Positions 1 to 10,043 of a stretch of 32,000 nt of DNA are shown here, piece after piece. The DNA is from Cyanobacteria bacterium SBLK (GTDB taxonomy: Bacteria; Cyanobacteriota; Cyanobacteriia; Cyanobacteriales; Spirulinaceae). The notes under the pieces are model-generated. The model did no database searches. It had not been told where the DNA came from and saw only the letters and a program-made list of their open reading frames with translations. The DNA is taken from positions 9,219-41,218 of the forward strand of contig JAGHZQ010000041.1 in the NCBI GenBank assembly GCA_017746715.1, given 5' to 3'. A program made the position numbers and the translations under genes. The stretch's first letter is position 1; each line of letters opens with the position of its first letter.

Positions 1-3000
1 ATGTCACATCAACAATACTCTTTTTCTCCAAAAAACTGAGAAATTGAGAAGGAATAAAACGTTCGTAAGCAAGATTTAAAGTTTGCAAATTTTCATACAA
101 ACGGGCATTTTCTAAAGAGATGGCAGCTTGAGCGGCTAACATCTGTAACAGTTGCAAGCGATCGCGGGTAAATACTCCCGTCGTCAAATTATTTTCCAAA
201 TAGATAATACCTTTGAGCTTGCTTTGATTGATCAGAGGAATGCAGGCGATAGAGCGACATTGATTCCGTCGAATATAAGGATCGTCGGTAAAATTTCCTT
301 CTTTAGTAGCATTATGCAAAAATACAGTTTCTCGAGTGCGGGCGACATAATGAACGATGCGAGCGGAAATAAGAGAAAAATCTTCTAGAGGGATGGACTC
401 AGAGGCGCTGACCTCAGCAAATTCAGATTCTTTTGTCGCTTCGACGTTTAAGCGATCGCCACGAGATAAGAGCAAAATTCCCCGCTCTGCTCCTGCATTT
501 TCAATGAGACTATTCATTAAAGCTGCCAATAAACTCTCTAAAATAATCTCGCTAGAAATTGCATTGGTTGATTTAATTACCGTGGCTAAATCTAATATCT
601 GACTATCCGTTGCCTCTCGAGTGGCGTGAGGATTTAGACCGATCGGCGTAGAGGTCGATACGCTTGAAGATTGATAGAGTTGCGAATACTTTTCCTCAAG
701 ATGTTTTACTTTAGCAATTGCTCCCCAGCGAGAATAGCAATAATGAGCATTCATCATATAGGCACGAGCGGCTATTTCTTGACCATTCGAACTTCGGCTT
801 CGCTCAGTCGAACACTGAGCCGAGTTGAAGCTCCAATCGAGATAAAATTTAGCAGTCAGCTCATTGGCAAGGGCTTCTTCTTGAATATATTCATTTTCTT
901 TTGCTTTGGCGATCGCCAAATTATAAAATTCAATCGCTTTGACTTTTTCCCCGATCGCTCGATAATATTCAGCTTCCACGAGATAGAACTTATGTAAATA
1001 ATTCATTGGAGCAGAATCCGCCCAACATTTCATTCTTTTTTGATTTTTTTGTACCCCAGATAAGAACGCCTCGCGTTCGTTATTATTGCAGTTTTTGCCC
1101 TCATCGATTGCTGACAGCTGAATCAGGGAATTATAAAAACACCAAACAGGTGTTAAAAGATGAATAGTTGCATCCGTTAAAAATATTTGCGCTGAGGTAC
1201 TGGCAGTCAGTGCTTCCTCAAACTCTTCAAAGAGATAACAAAGAATTGCCTTGGGAACATACACCAACCACTGTCCGTATTTATTATTCGCTTTTTGATA
1301 ATAAGCAATTAATGATTCCTCATTCATTGCTTTGCCAACTAATCGATGGGGATGTTCTGAATATCCCTGTAAATTTAACATGGCTTGCCAACAAGGCCGG
1401 GTATAGTTGAGAGCAGTTTTTTGACCGATCGCTGCCAAGATTTCATTATGACGTTCGATATCTCGTACTGCCTCAGAAAGTTCGCAACCCGTTAAAAAAA
1501 GGAAAAAAGAAGCATGATTGGTGACATAACCGGCATAGGCTAGATCTCCTGTTTCTAAACCCACTCGGCAAGCCTGTCGCAAGGGTTCGATTGCTCCTTT
1601 GGCATGAACCGTCCAATGGCTGAGATGACCGTAAATCACATTTAATACTGCTGCTTCAAATTTTCTTTCGTTGAAGTGAGAAAGAATCTTCAGGGCCAAC
1701 CGAGCATATTCGTAAGCAAGCGCAAATTCTTGAAGAGTGCTAGAGAGAACCATTCCATAAGTTGCATAACTAAATGCAGAAACGGGGGCATTGCCATAGG
1801 TGATGGAAAGTTCGATTTGCTTGCAAACCATGAGAGGAAATAAAGGCGGCCGAAGCTGATAGGTAACGGGAGCTATTTTTACTAAAAGCGTCAATATCTC
1901 GTATAGGAGCGGATCTTGCATGACGGGTAAATTTAAGAGAGCCATGGGTTCGCGATCGCCGATAAGATTCTGAGTTGCTGCAATCGCGATTGCCAAGTCT
2001 TCTGGTGAGGGATCTTGGGGAAATTCGATATCTAAAGCCGCCAAACTCTCTAAACCTGCATTCAGTGCTTCGCTAAATCGTTCTTGATTGCTATAGGCAT
2101 CCAGTTTGATTTTTTCCACTTCTAAGCGATCGCGGTGAGTTTTCGCTTCTTTGGCAACGATTTCCACCAACTTTTCCATCCGTTCGATCTCTGCATTGAG
2201 ATAAGCTGCTTTGGCTGCTTCTTGATAGAGGCTGAGGGTTAATTCATATTGAGTCTGCCAGGGATTTTCTTTTAATAGAGACATTCCGGCATTAAAGTAG
2301 GCGATCGCGGCAGCATAAGCTGTAGCATCTTTGGCTTTGCATCCTGCTTGCCAGTTTAAACGAGCAAATTGTTCTCGTTCCTTTTCATTGCGGACAATAT
2401 CCATGCCTTGATTGAATTGATCGACAATATCAAATATTTTTTCGTCTCGTTCGCTTTCTAAAGTATTGGCTAAGAGAATGCGTCCGATCTCTACATGTTT
2501 TTCTGCTCTTTCTGCTTCAAGAATCAGGGTGTAAGCGGCTTGTTGAATTCGATCGTGGGCGAATTGATAGGATTGAATGAGTAAATTTTCGTCAAGTTCT
2601 GAGAGAGGGAAGATTAGATGGCGATCGAGAGCAATTTTTAAGGATGCGAATATTTTTTGCGGAAAGTCTTTCTCGATCCATGTCAACAATTTTAGATTGA
2701 ATTTTGCACCTAAACAAGCTGCAAGAGATAGTATATTTTGACTGGATTGCGGTAATTTTTTCAGTTCGTCTAGCATCAATTCTACAACATTATCTGTAAA
2801 TTCCCTCGCTTCAATTCTCTCAATATTCCATTGCCATCCTCTCTTTTTAGGACAAAAAGTTACCAATTTCTCGTCATGTAATGCCTGCAAAAACTTGTTA
2901 ACAAAGAAAGGATTCCCCCCTGTTTTTTGTTCGATTAATTCTGCTAAATCTCCCGAATTTTCTGGAGTTTGCTGAAGCGTATCGCCAACTAAACACAAAA

Positions 3001-4585
3001 TTTCCTCAATTGATAGACGCAATAATGTAATTTGATTAATTGCTGCATTCTTTTGTCGGAGTTTTTCCAGAGCAAGCATTAAAGGATGGCTTTTCGAAAC
3101 TTCGTTATCGCGATAAGTTCCTAAAAGCAAAAGATACCGAGTTTGACTTTCAATCAATAGCCTTTCCATTAATTTTAAAGTTACCAAATCAGACCACTGT
3201 AAATCATCGAGAAATAAAGTTAATGGATGCTCTTGACTGCAAAAGACGCGGATAAAATTACCAATAACCAGATTAAAGCGATTTTGTGTTTCATTAGCTC
3301 CTAAAACAGGTACGGGAGGTTGTTTGCCAATAATCAATTCGACTTCAGGAATAACGTCAATGATAATTTGTCCGTTATTTCCCAAAGCCTGTAGAAGTTT
3401 GTTTCGCCATACTTGCAATTTCGACTCATTTTCTCCCAATAATTGCTCCATCAACCCGCGAAAAGCCGAGACGATCGCGGAATAGGGAATATTGCGTTGA
3501 AATTGGTCGAATTTCCCGGCAATAAAATAACCCCGACGGGCTGTAATTGGTTTGTATAGTTCTTGGACTAATGCCGATTTTCCAATCCCAGAATAGCCAG
3601 AAACTAGCATTAATTCGACATTACCCGTTTGGGCGACGCGCTCGAATGCTGCCAGCAACGTTGCAATTTCTGCTTCTCTCCCGTAGAGTTTTTGGGGGAT
3701 ATGAAATCGTTCGCTAATATCTTGACGACCTAAAGCAAAAAAGTCAATTTGACCTTGTTTTTCTAATTGCTGCTGGCAGGTTTCTAAATCTACTTTCAAT
3801 CCATAAGCACTTTGATAACGATCTTCGGCATTTTTTGCCATCAATTTCATGACAATCTGAGAAATAATCGCAGGAATAGATAGCTTGATTTCAGCAGGCG
3901 ATCGCGGAGTTTTAGCAATATGACAGTGAGCTAACTCTAGGGGCTCTTCTGTCGCGAAAGGTCGCTTTCCTGTTAGCAATTCGTAAAAGGTGACCCCCAA
4001 AGAATAAAAATCCGTGCGGTAGTCCAAGCCTCGATTCATTCTTCCGGTTTGTTCTGGAGAAATATAAGCCAATGTGCCTTCTAAAACATTAGGATTTTTT
4101 AAAGTCGGATTTTCTCGATTTAATTGAGTTGAAATTCCAAAATCAATAATTTTGAGTTCTTGAGTTTGAGGATTAACAATCAGATTAGCGGGATTAATAT
4201 CTTTGTGAATAATATTTTGTGCGTGAATTTGTGCTAAACTTTCTGCTATGGCGATCGCGATCGCCAAAAACTCTTTTAAAGACAATGGTTCTCGTTCTTG
4301 CAGCCATTGCTGGAGGGAAATGCCGCCAAAGTCTTCAAGGGCGATGGCATAGCTTCTTTGCCATTCTTCGAGGCGATAGGCTTTAATAATGCCGGGTGCA
4401 TCTAATTGATGAGTGAGGGAATATTCTTGCTTGTAACGACGTATTTGTTCTGGTGTGGGATACTCTCGATTGAGAAATTTGAGAATCACGGGTTGCCCAT
4501 CTTCAACTCGTCGAGCGCGATAGACCTGCGAATTGCTGCTATCGTGAATTTGAAGGAAATTCTCGTATCCGGCAAGAGAGATCAT
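1..4585 (-). CDS. Giant signalling protein, paralog A, 3' end cut by the window edge: Ser/Thr kinase - AAA_16/STAND-type ATPase - helical/TPR region - GAF - first residues of a class III nucleotidyl cyclase
   Basis: Absent from the ORF track because no stop codon lies inside the window. Manual reverse translation from the ATG at 4585 gives [26 protein letters not shown]...VILKFL...HKDINPANL...IDFGIS...AYISPEQ. It continues with LYGREAEI, Walker [12 protein letters not shown], Walker [13 protein letters not shown], and a GAF ([21 protein letters not shown]). It ends ...SLENARLYENLQTLNLAYERFIPSQFLSFLEKKSIVDV, identical to the GAF-cyclase junction of 4637..9958. The track reports no minus-strand ORF of 60 aa or more in 1-4636, which implies this frame stays open to the edge. 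Confidence 0.85.
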   Translation of the reverse strand, partial: MISLAGYENFLQIHDSSNSQVYRARRVEDGQPVILKFLNREYPTPEQIRRYKQEYSLTHQLDAPGIIKAYRLEEWQRSYAIALEDFGGISLQQWLQEREPLSLKEFLAIAIAIAESLAQIHAQNIIHKDINPANLIVNPQTQELKIIDFGISTQLNRENPTLKNPNVLEGTLAYISPEQTGRMNRGLDYRTDFYSLGVTFYELLTGKRPFATEEPLELAHCHIAKTPRSPAEIKLSIPAIISQIVMKLMAKNAEDRYQSAYGLKVDLETCQQQLEKQGQIDFFALGRQDISERFHIPQKLYGREAEIATLLAAFERVAQTGNVELMLVSGYSGIGKSALVQELYKPITARRGYFIAGKFDQFQRNIPYSAIVSAFRGLMEQLLGENESKLQVWRNKLLQALGNNGQIIIDVIPEVELIIGKQPPVPVLGANETQNRFNLVIGNFIRVFCSQEHPLTLFLDDLQWSDLVTLKLMERLLIESQTRYLLLLGTYRDNEVSKSHPLMLALEKLRQKNAAINQITLLRLSIEEILCLVGDTLQQTPENSGDLAELIEQKTGGNPFFVNKFLQALHDEKLVTFCPKKRGWQWNIERIEAREFTDNVVELMLDELKKLPQSSQNILSLAACLGAKFNLKLLTWIEKDFPQKIFASLKIALDRHLIFPLSELDENLLIQSYQFAHDRIQQAAYTLILEAERAEKHVEIGRILLANTLESERDEKIFDIVDQFNQGMDIVRNEKEREQFARLNWQAGCKAKDATAYAAAIAYFNAGMSLLKENPWQTQYELTLSLYQEAAKAAYLNAEIERMEKLVEIVAKEAKTHRDRLEVEKIKLDAYSNQERFSEALNAGLESLAALDIEFPQDPSPEDLAIAIAATQNLIGDREPMALLNLPVMQDPLLYEILTLLVKIAPVTYQLRPPLFPLMVCKQIELSITYGNAPVSAFSYATYGMVLSSTLQEFALAYEYARLALKILSHFNERKFEAAVLNVIYGHLSHWTVHAKGAIEPLRQACRVGLETGDLAYAGYVTNHASFFLFLTGCELSEAVRDIERHNEILAAIGQKTALNYTRPCWQAMLNLQGYSEHPHRLVGKAMNEESLIAYYQKANNKYGQWLVYVPKAILCYLFEEFEEALTASTSAQIFLTDATIHLLTPVWCFYNSLIQLSAIDEGKNCNNNEREAFLSGVQKNQKRMKCWADSAPMNYLHKFYLVEAEYYRAIGEKVKAIEFYNLAIAKAKENEYIQEEALANELTAKFYLDWSFNSAQCSTERSRSSNGQEIAARAYMMNAHYCYSRWGAIAKVKHLEEKYSQLYQSSSVSTSTPIGLNPHATREATDSQILDLATVIKSTNAISSEIILESLLAALMNSLIENAGAERGILLLSRGDRLNVEATKESEFAEVSASESIPLEDFSLISARIVHYVARTRETVFLHNATKEGNFTDDPYIRRNQCRSIACIPLINQSKLKGIIYLENNLTTGVFTRDRLQLLQMLAAQAAISLENARLYENLQTLNLAYERFIPSQFLSFLEKKSIVDVT

Positions 4586-4636
4586 AAATGTTAGGTTGAG
4601 AGAAAAAGGCGGTTATTCTCGTTTTAGCATAAAAAT

Positions 4637-7600
4637 TTAATCGATATACTGTTGACAGCGTTCTAAATAACTGCGAGCAGCCCGATCGCCTTGATGGTAT
4701 TCTAAGCATTGTCTAAATAATTCTGCCGCTTCGATAAATGCTTGCTGGTGAAAGAGAATTGCACCTTTTTCAAAGAGTCCCTTTGAGGCTTTTTTTGCTT
4801 CTCGCAAATCCGGCGAATCCGCAGAAAAGATCTCGAATAAACTCACCGCTTTGGCTTTTCCTTTGGCCGTCACTCGTTCGATAAAACGAAAATCGTACTC
4901 AAAGAAATTTTTTAAACCCAGAAAAGTTTGCTGGGTAATTAAGAGAGAAATACCGTAGGTTTTGGTCAATCCCTCCACCCGCGAAGATAAATTGACCGAA
5001 TCTCCGATCGCCGTCCCATCCATGCGATCTGCTCCCCCGACAGTGCCTAACATTAACCGACCCGCATGCAAACCGATACCGATGCGAAGGGGAACGAGAT
5101 CGGCCTCGATACGAGATAAATTGTAAACTTGCAACTCTTCTAACATGGCGATCGCGGCTTGCAGGGCATCATCGGGAGTATTGCCAAAGAGCGCCATAAT
5201 CGCATCGCCGATATATTTGTCGATAAAACCACCATATTGTTGAATTAGGGGTTCCATACGTCCCAAATAACCGTTAATAAAAGCAAAATTCTCGGCCGGG
5301 GTCATCTGTTCGGAAATGGTGGTAAAATCGCGAATATCGGAGAATAAAACCGTCATTTCTCGCTCTACTTGATCCCCTAAATCTACATCGACAATGCTCT
5401 TTTTCTCCAAAAAACTGAGAAATTGAGAGGGAATAAAACGTTCGTAAGCCAGATTTAAAGTTTGCAGATTTTCATACAAGCGTGCATTTTCTAAAGAGAT
5501 GGCGGCTTGGGCGGCTAACATCTGTAACAGTTGCAAGCGATCGCGAGTAAAAGCCCCAGAGATGAGATTATTTTCAAGATAGATAATACCCTGTAATTTT
5601 CCTTGATTGATGAGGGGAGCGCAGGCGATCGATTGGCATTGATACTGTTGAATATAGGGATCTCCTGCAAATTGACTGTCCTCTTCGGCATCTTGCAAGA
5701 CAACGGTTTTTTGGGTGCGGGCGACATAGTAAACAACTTGATGAGGAATGTCGGATAACTCTTTGAGTGTCGGGACTTCTCCCCCTCGGGCAGGGGAAAC
5801 GATCGCCGTATCGGAATTTGCCTCTTTAATGGCAGCAACAGAGAAGTCGTCGGTTTCCTCCCGAGGGGGATTTGCACTCAGAGATAACAAAATGCCCCGC
5901 TCGGCTCCGGCATTTTCCACGAGAATGTCCATTAACGCTGCCAGTAACTTATCCAACACGATTTCGCTAGAAATCGCACTGGTGGATTTCATGACTGTCG
6001 CGAGGTCTAAAACATCGCTGTTTCGATCTTGTCGGGTCGTGCGCGTTCCTAGAAAATGGGGGGTTTTGGGGGACGATCGCGGTATTTCCCGCTCATTGGC
6101 AGCGAAAAGTTGGGGATATTTCTCCTCGAGCTGCCGAACCTTGGCAATTGCCCCCCAACGCTGACAACAGTAACGCGCTTCCATTGCATAGATGCGAGCG
6201 ATTGGCATTTTGTCCCAGTCGAGATAAAAGCGAGCGGCGAGTTCGTTGGCTAAGGCTTCTTCGTGGAGGTATTCATTTTCTCGCGCCCCAGCAATGGCTC
6301 GATCGTAATACTCGATCGCTAAGGCGCGATCGCCGGCAACGCGAGCCCGTTCGGCTGCCACGAGATAATATTTATGTTGATAGTTCATCGGGGCAAGTTC
6401 GGCCCAATGCTGCAAATCATTTTGATGTTCCGCAATTTCTACCGGTAACGCTTCTGTATCTTCTTCCATGCCAACGACAGCCAAGCGGGCCAAAGCATCG
6501 TAAAAGCGCCAAACGGGAATGAGGGCGTGGCCGATGGCAGCAGATAAGCACTCTCCTGCCGCTTCTCCCGCCGCGATCGCCCCTTGGTGATTGTCAAACC
6601 AATAGGTCAGAATTAATTTTGTAACATAAATCCCCCATAAACCGCTCCCATTTTTCCGGTCTTGATAATAGGCAATCAGTTTTTGCTCGTCCATGACCGT
6701 ACCCGTCAGGCGATCGCTCTGCCGAGCCCGGCCTTGAAAATTCAGCATGGCTTGCCAATAGGGGCGATTGTAATTGAGGGCGGTTTGCTGGCCGATGCCC
6801 TCGAGCAATTCGCTATAGCTTTGCATTTCCCTCACGGCTTCGGAGAGTTCCATGGCCGTCAGAAACAGGCGCAAGCAATACCCTTGGTTGCAATAGCCGC
6901 TATAGGCAAAATCCCCCGTTTCCAGACCAACGGCGAAACCGTGCTGTAAGGGATCGAGGGCTTCTCGCAAATGGATTTGCCAATGGCTGATAAAGCGATA
7001 AACGACCATTAACACCGCCGCTTCAAACTCGCGATCGCTCGAGGCGGCCAAAATATTTAAAGCCAATTGCCCGTACTCGCACCCGAGATGAAATTCCCCT
7101 ACCACACCACAGAGAATCATGCCATAGGCTGCATAGCCAAAAGCAGAAGCCGGGCTATTGCCATAAGTTACGGAGAGTTCCACCTGTTTGAAAACGATGA
7201 GGGGGAACAATAGCGGTGCGGCAAAATAAGTGACGGGAACGATTTTAATCAGTAAAGGGAGAGCAACCCGAGAGAGATCGCCTTCCATGGGGGGCAAGTC
7301 GAGCAAATCTCGAGGTTGGCGATCGCCAATGAGGGTTTTGGTTTTGGCCAAAGCGGGGGCTATATCTCCTCGGGAAACTTCTCGAGGAAATTCGATGCCC
7401 AAAGAAGAGAGCATCTCCAAACCGACGGCTAAGGCCTCCACCACGCGATTTTGATTGGTGTAAGCATCCAGTTTGATTTCGCAGATATCCCCGCGATCGC
7501 TCTGGGTTTTCGCCCGAGGGATGGCAATGGCGGCCAGTTCTTCCATGCGCTGGATATCTGCGTTAAAATAGCTGGCTTTGACGGCTTCGCAATGAAGGCC

Positions 7601-9958
7601 GAAGGCGAGGGCATATTGATTTTCCCAACAATCTGGGGGTAGGAGTTGAATGCCGATATCCAAATAGGCGATCGCGGTTGCGTAAGCGGCGGTGAGATTG
7701 GCTTTGCGTCCGGCTTGCCAATTGAGACGGGCGAGGGTTTGCCGCTCTTTGGTATCGACAATGAGGGCAATGCCGCGATTGAGGCGATCGACGATATCGA
7801 AGAGCTTTTCTTCTCGTTCTCCCTCGGTAACGCGCTCCAAGAGCAGGCGGCCGATTTGCAGGTTGACGGCGGGGCGTTCTTCTAGAGGAATGAGGGTATA
7901 GGCGGCCTGTTGAATGCGATCGTGGTTGAATTGATAGGCTTGGATGAGTAAATTTTCGTCGAGTTGGGAGCGAGGGGAAATAATGCCGCGATCGAGGGCA
8001 ATTTTTAAATCCCGAAAGAGGATTTTGCGGGGTTGAGAACTCACTAAAGTTAAAGTGCTCAGGTCAAACTCCGCCCCCAAACACGCTGCAAGGGATAAGA
8101 TGCGTTGGGTTGATGGGGGGAATTTTTGCAGTTTGCCCACCATCAATTCCACCACGCTATCGCTCAATTCTATGGCTTCGATCGCGGCAAGATCCCATTG
8201 CCAACATCGAGAAGGGCGATGGAACATTAAAAGATTTTCATCATACAATTCTTTTAAAAATTCATTGATAAAGAAAGGATTGCCTTCTGTTTTTCGCAGG
8301 ACTAATGTCGCTAGAGCTTTTACGGTTTTCGGTGGAGATTGCAGGGTTTCGCCAATTAACTGGGTAATTTCGTCAATTTTAAGATTACCGAGGAAGATAC
8401 GAGCCAATGCTTGCTCTTTTTGTTGCAGTCGTTCGAGGGTAATGAGGAGGGGATGCCCCGAGGATACCTCATTATCTCGATATGCCCCCAATAGTAAAAG
8501 ATATTGCGTTTGGCGATCTTCGAGCAATCGTTCTACTAATTTCAGCGTCGCCAAGTCCGACCATTGCAAATCGTCGAGGAAGAGGGTTAAGGGATGTTCC
8601 GAACTGCAAAAGGCGCGCATGAAGTTCCCAAAAACAAGATTAAAGCGATTTTGCGACTCGTTTGTCCCCAATGTGGGAACGGCCGGTTGTTTCCCGATAA
8701 TCAGTTCGACTTCGGGAATGACATCAATGACGATCTGACCGTTATTTCCCAACGCCCGTAACAGTTTTTCGCGCCATACTTGCAATTGGGATTCGGTTTC
8801 GCCTAACAGTTGTTCGATTAATCTGCGAAAGGCACTGACGATGGCGGAATAGGGAACATTGCGTTGAAATTGATCGAATTTCCCGGCAATAAAATAGCCT
8901 CGACGGACGGTAATGGGTTTGTATAGTTCTTGGACTAATGCCGATTTTCCAATGCCGGAATAACCGGAAACAAACATTGCCATCACCTGCCCCGTATTGG
9001 CAACTGTTTCAAAGCCGTCAATTAACTTGGCAATTTCTACTTCTCTACCGTAGAGTTTTTGGGGAATTTGAAAGCGATCGCTAATATCTTGACGGGCGAG
9101 GGGAAAAACAGCAATTTCTCCTGTCGATTTCAATTGCTGCTGACAGCGTTCTAAATCAGCTTTTAATCCATCAACGCTTTGATAGCGATCCTCGGCATTT
9201 TTCGCCATTAATTTGAGAACAATTTCTTGTAAGGTTGAGAAAATTTTGAATTTTGAATTTTGAATTTTGAATTGAGCGGGTGGTTTGGCAATGTGAGCGT
9301 GAACTAATTCCAAAACATCTTCAGTTGGGAAGGGTAAGTTTCCCGTCAGCAGCTCGTAAAAAGTCACGCCTAAAGAATAAAAATCCGTGCGATAGTCCAG
9401 ACCGCGATTCATTCTCCCTGTTTGTTCTGGGGAAATATAAGCTAATGTTCCTTCTAAAACATGAAGGTTCTTCAATGTGGGATTTTCTCGATTTAGCTGT
9501 GTGGCAATCCCAAAATCAATGATTTTCAGTTCTTTGGTTTCGGGATTCAAAATAATATTGGCGGGATTAATATCTTTATGAATAATCTTTTGGGCGTGAA
9601 TCTGTCCCAAACTTTCGGTTGTCGCGATCGCGATTTCCAAAAATTCTTCTAAGGTCAATTTTTTCCGTTTCTGCAACCATTGCTGAAGAGAAAGTCCGCC
9701 AAAATCTTCGAGGACAATTGCATAACTTCTCTGCCATTCTTCGAGACTGTAGGCTTTAATGATTCCGGGGGCATCTACGCGACAAGTAAGGTAATATTCT
9801 TGCTTGTAACGGCGAATTTGTTCTGAAGTCGGGTAATCGCAATCGAGAAATTTGAGAATGACGGAGGTGCGATCGCTAATTCTCCAAGCGCGGTACACTT
9901 GCGAACTAGTGCTATGGTGAATTTTCAGAAAATTCTCGTATCCGGCAAGAGCAATCAT
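4637..9958 (-). CDS. Giant signalling protein, paralog B: Ser/Thr kinase - AAA_16/STAND ATPase - helical/TPR - GAF - class III (IIIb-like) adenylate cyclase - short TPR-like tail
   Basis: 1773-aa ORF. Kinase motifs: [28 protein letters not shown]. ATPase motifs: LYGREVEI then Walker [12 protein letters not shown] and Walker [16 protein letters not shown]: [21 protein letters not shown]...SLENARLY. The cyclase maps to about nt 4830-5365, with metal-binding Asp in VLFSDIRDF and IGDAIMALF and Asn/Arg in GDSVNLSSRVE. The substrate Lys (IDKYIGD) is paired with Thr (GTAIGD), as in class IIIb adenylate cyclases such as Anabaena CyaB1 (recalled from memory). The C-terminal helical tail is GAILFHQQAFIEAAELFRQCLEYHQGD. 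Confidence 0.95.
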   Translation of the reverse strand: MIALAGYENFLKIHHSTSSQVYRAWRISDRTSVILKFLDCDYPTSEQIRRYKQEYYLTCRVDAPGIIKAYSLEEWQRSYAIVLEDFGGLSLQQWLQKRKKLTLEEFLEIAIATTESLGQIHAQKIIHKDINPANIILNPETKELKIIDFGIATQLNRENPTLKNLHVLEGTLAYISPEQTGRMNRGLDYRTDFYSLGVTFYELLTGNLPFPTEDVLELVHAHIAKPPAQFKIQNSKFKIFSTLQEIVLKLMAKNAEDRYQSVDGLKADLERCQQQLKSTGEIAVFPLARQDISDRFQIPQKLYGREVEIAKLIDGFETVANTGQVMAMFVSGYSGIGKSALVQELYKPITVRRGYFIAGKFDQFQRNVPYSAIVSAFRRLIEQLLGETESQLQVWREKLLRALGNNGQIVIDVIPEVELIIGKQPAVPTLGTNESQNRFNLVFGNFMRAFCSSEHPLTLFLDDLQWSDLATLKLVERLLEDRQTQYLLLLGAYRDNEVSSGHPLLITLERLQQKEQALARIFLGNLKIDEITQLIGETLQSPPKTVKALATLVLRKTEGNPFFINEFLKELYDENLLMFHRPSRCWQWDLAAIEAIELSDSVVELMVGKLQKFPPSTQRILSLAACLGAEFDLSTLTLVSSQPRKILFRDLKIALDRGIISPRSQLDENLLIQAYQFNHDRIQQAAYTLIPLEERPAVNLQIGRLLLERVTEGEREEKLFDIVDRLNRGIALIVDTKERQTLARLNWQAGRKANLTAAYATAIAYLDIGIQLLPPDCWENQYALAFGLHCEAVKASYFNADIQRMEELAAIAIPRAKTQSDRGDICEIKLDAYTNQNRVVEALAVGLEMLSSLGIEFPREVSRGDIAPALAKTKTLIGDRQPRDLLDLPPMEGDLSRVALPLLIKIVPVTYFAAPLLFPLIVFKQVELSVTYGNSPASAFGYAAYGMILCGVVGEFHLGCEYGQLALNILAASSDREFEAAVLMVVYRFISHWQIHLREALDPLQHGFAVGLETGDFAYSGYCNQGYCLRLFLTAMELSEAVREMQSYSELLEGIGQQTALNYNRPYWQAMLNFQGRARQSDRLTGTVMDEQKLIAYYQDRKNGSGLWGIYVTKLILTYWFDNHQGAIAAGEAAGECLSAAIGHALIPVWRFYDALARLAVVGMEEDTEALPVEIAEHQNDLQHWAELAPMNYQHKYYLVAAERARVAGDRALAIEYYDRAIAGARENEYLHEEALANELAARFYLDWDKMPIARIYAMEARYCCQRWGAIAKVRQLEEKYPQLFAANEREIPRSSPKTPHFLGTRTTRQDRNSDVLDLATVMKSTSAISSEIVLDKLLAALMDILVENAGAERGILLSLSANPPREETDDFSVAAIKEANSDTAIVSPARGGEVPTLKELSDIPHQVVYYVARTQKTVVLQDAEEDSQFAGDPYIQQYQCQSIACAPLINQGKLQGIIYLENNLISGAFTRDRLQLLQMLAAQAAISLENARLYENLQTLNLAYERFIPSQFLSFLEKKSIVDVDLGDQVEREMTVLFSDIRDFTTISEQMTPAENFAFINGYLGRMEPLIQQYGGFIDKYIGDAIMALFGNTPDDALQAAIAMLEELQVYNLSRIEADLVPLRIGIGLHAGRLMLGTVGGADRMDGTAIGDSVNLSSRVEGLTKTYGISLLITQQTFLGLKNFFEYDFRFIERVTAKGKAKAVSLFEIFSADSPDLREAKKASKGLFEKGAILFHQQAFIEAAELFRQCLEYHQGDRAARSYLERCQQYID
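9243..9270. repeat. Four perfect tandem copies of a heptanucleotide (ATTTTGA; TCAAAAT on the coding strand) inside paralog B
   Basis: The plus strand reads aa-attttga-attttga-attttga-attttga-attgagc. On the minus strand this encodes QFKIQNSKFKIF in the kinase C-lobe. Confidence 0.9.
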
Positions 9959-10043
9959 GAAAAGTTGAATGGAAAAAAAGAAAGAAAGCTATTCTCTAAC
10001 AATAATCTAGACATTTAGTAACTGCGGGATTTGACCGGCTACT

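Noticed and set aside
8055-8738. A 227-aa plus-strand ORF and many other plus-strand ORFs inside 152-16016 (for example 5748..6164 and 14041..14487).
   Set aside because: They are antisense shadow frames of the strongly supported minus-strand giant genes. They are rich in Ser/Arg/Cys, with no recognisable motifs.
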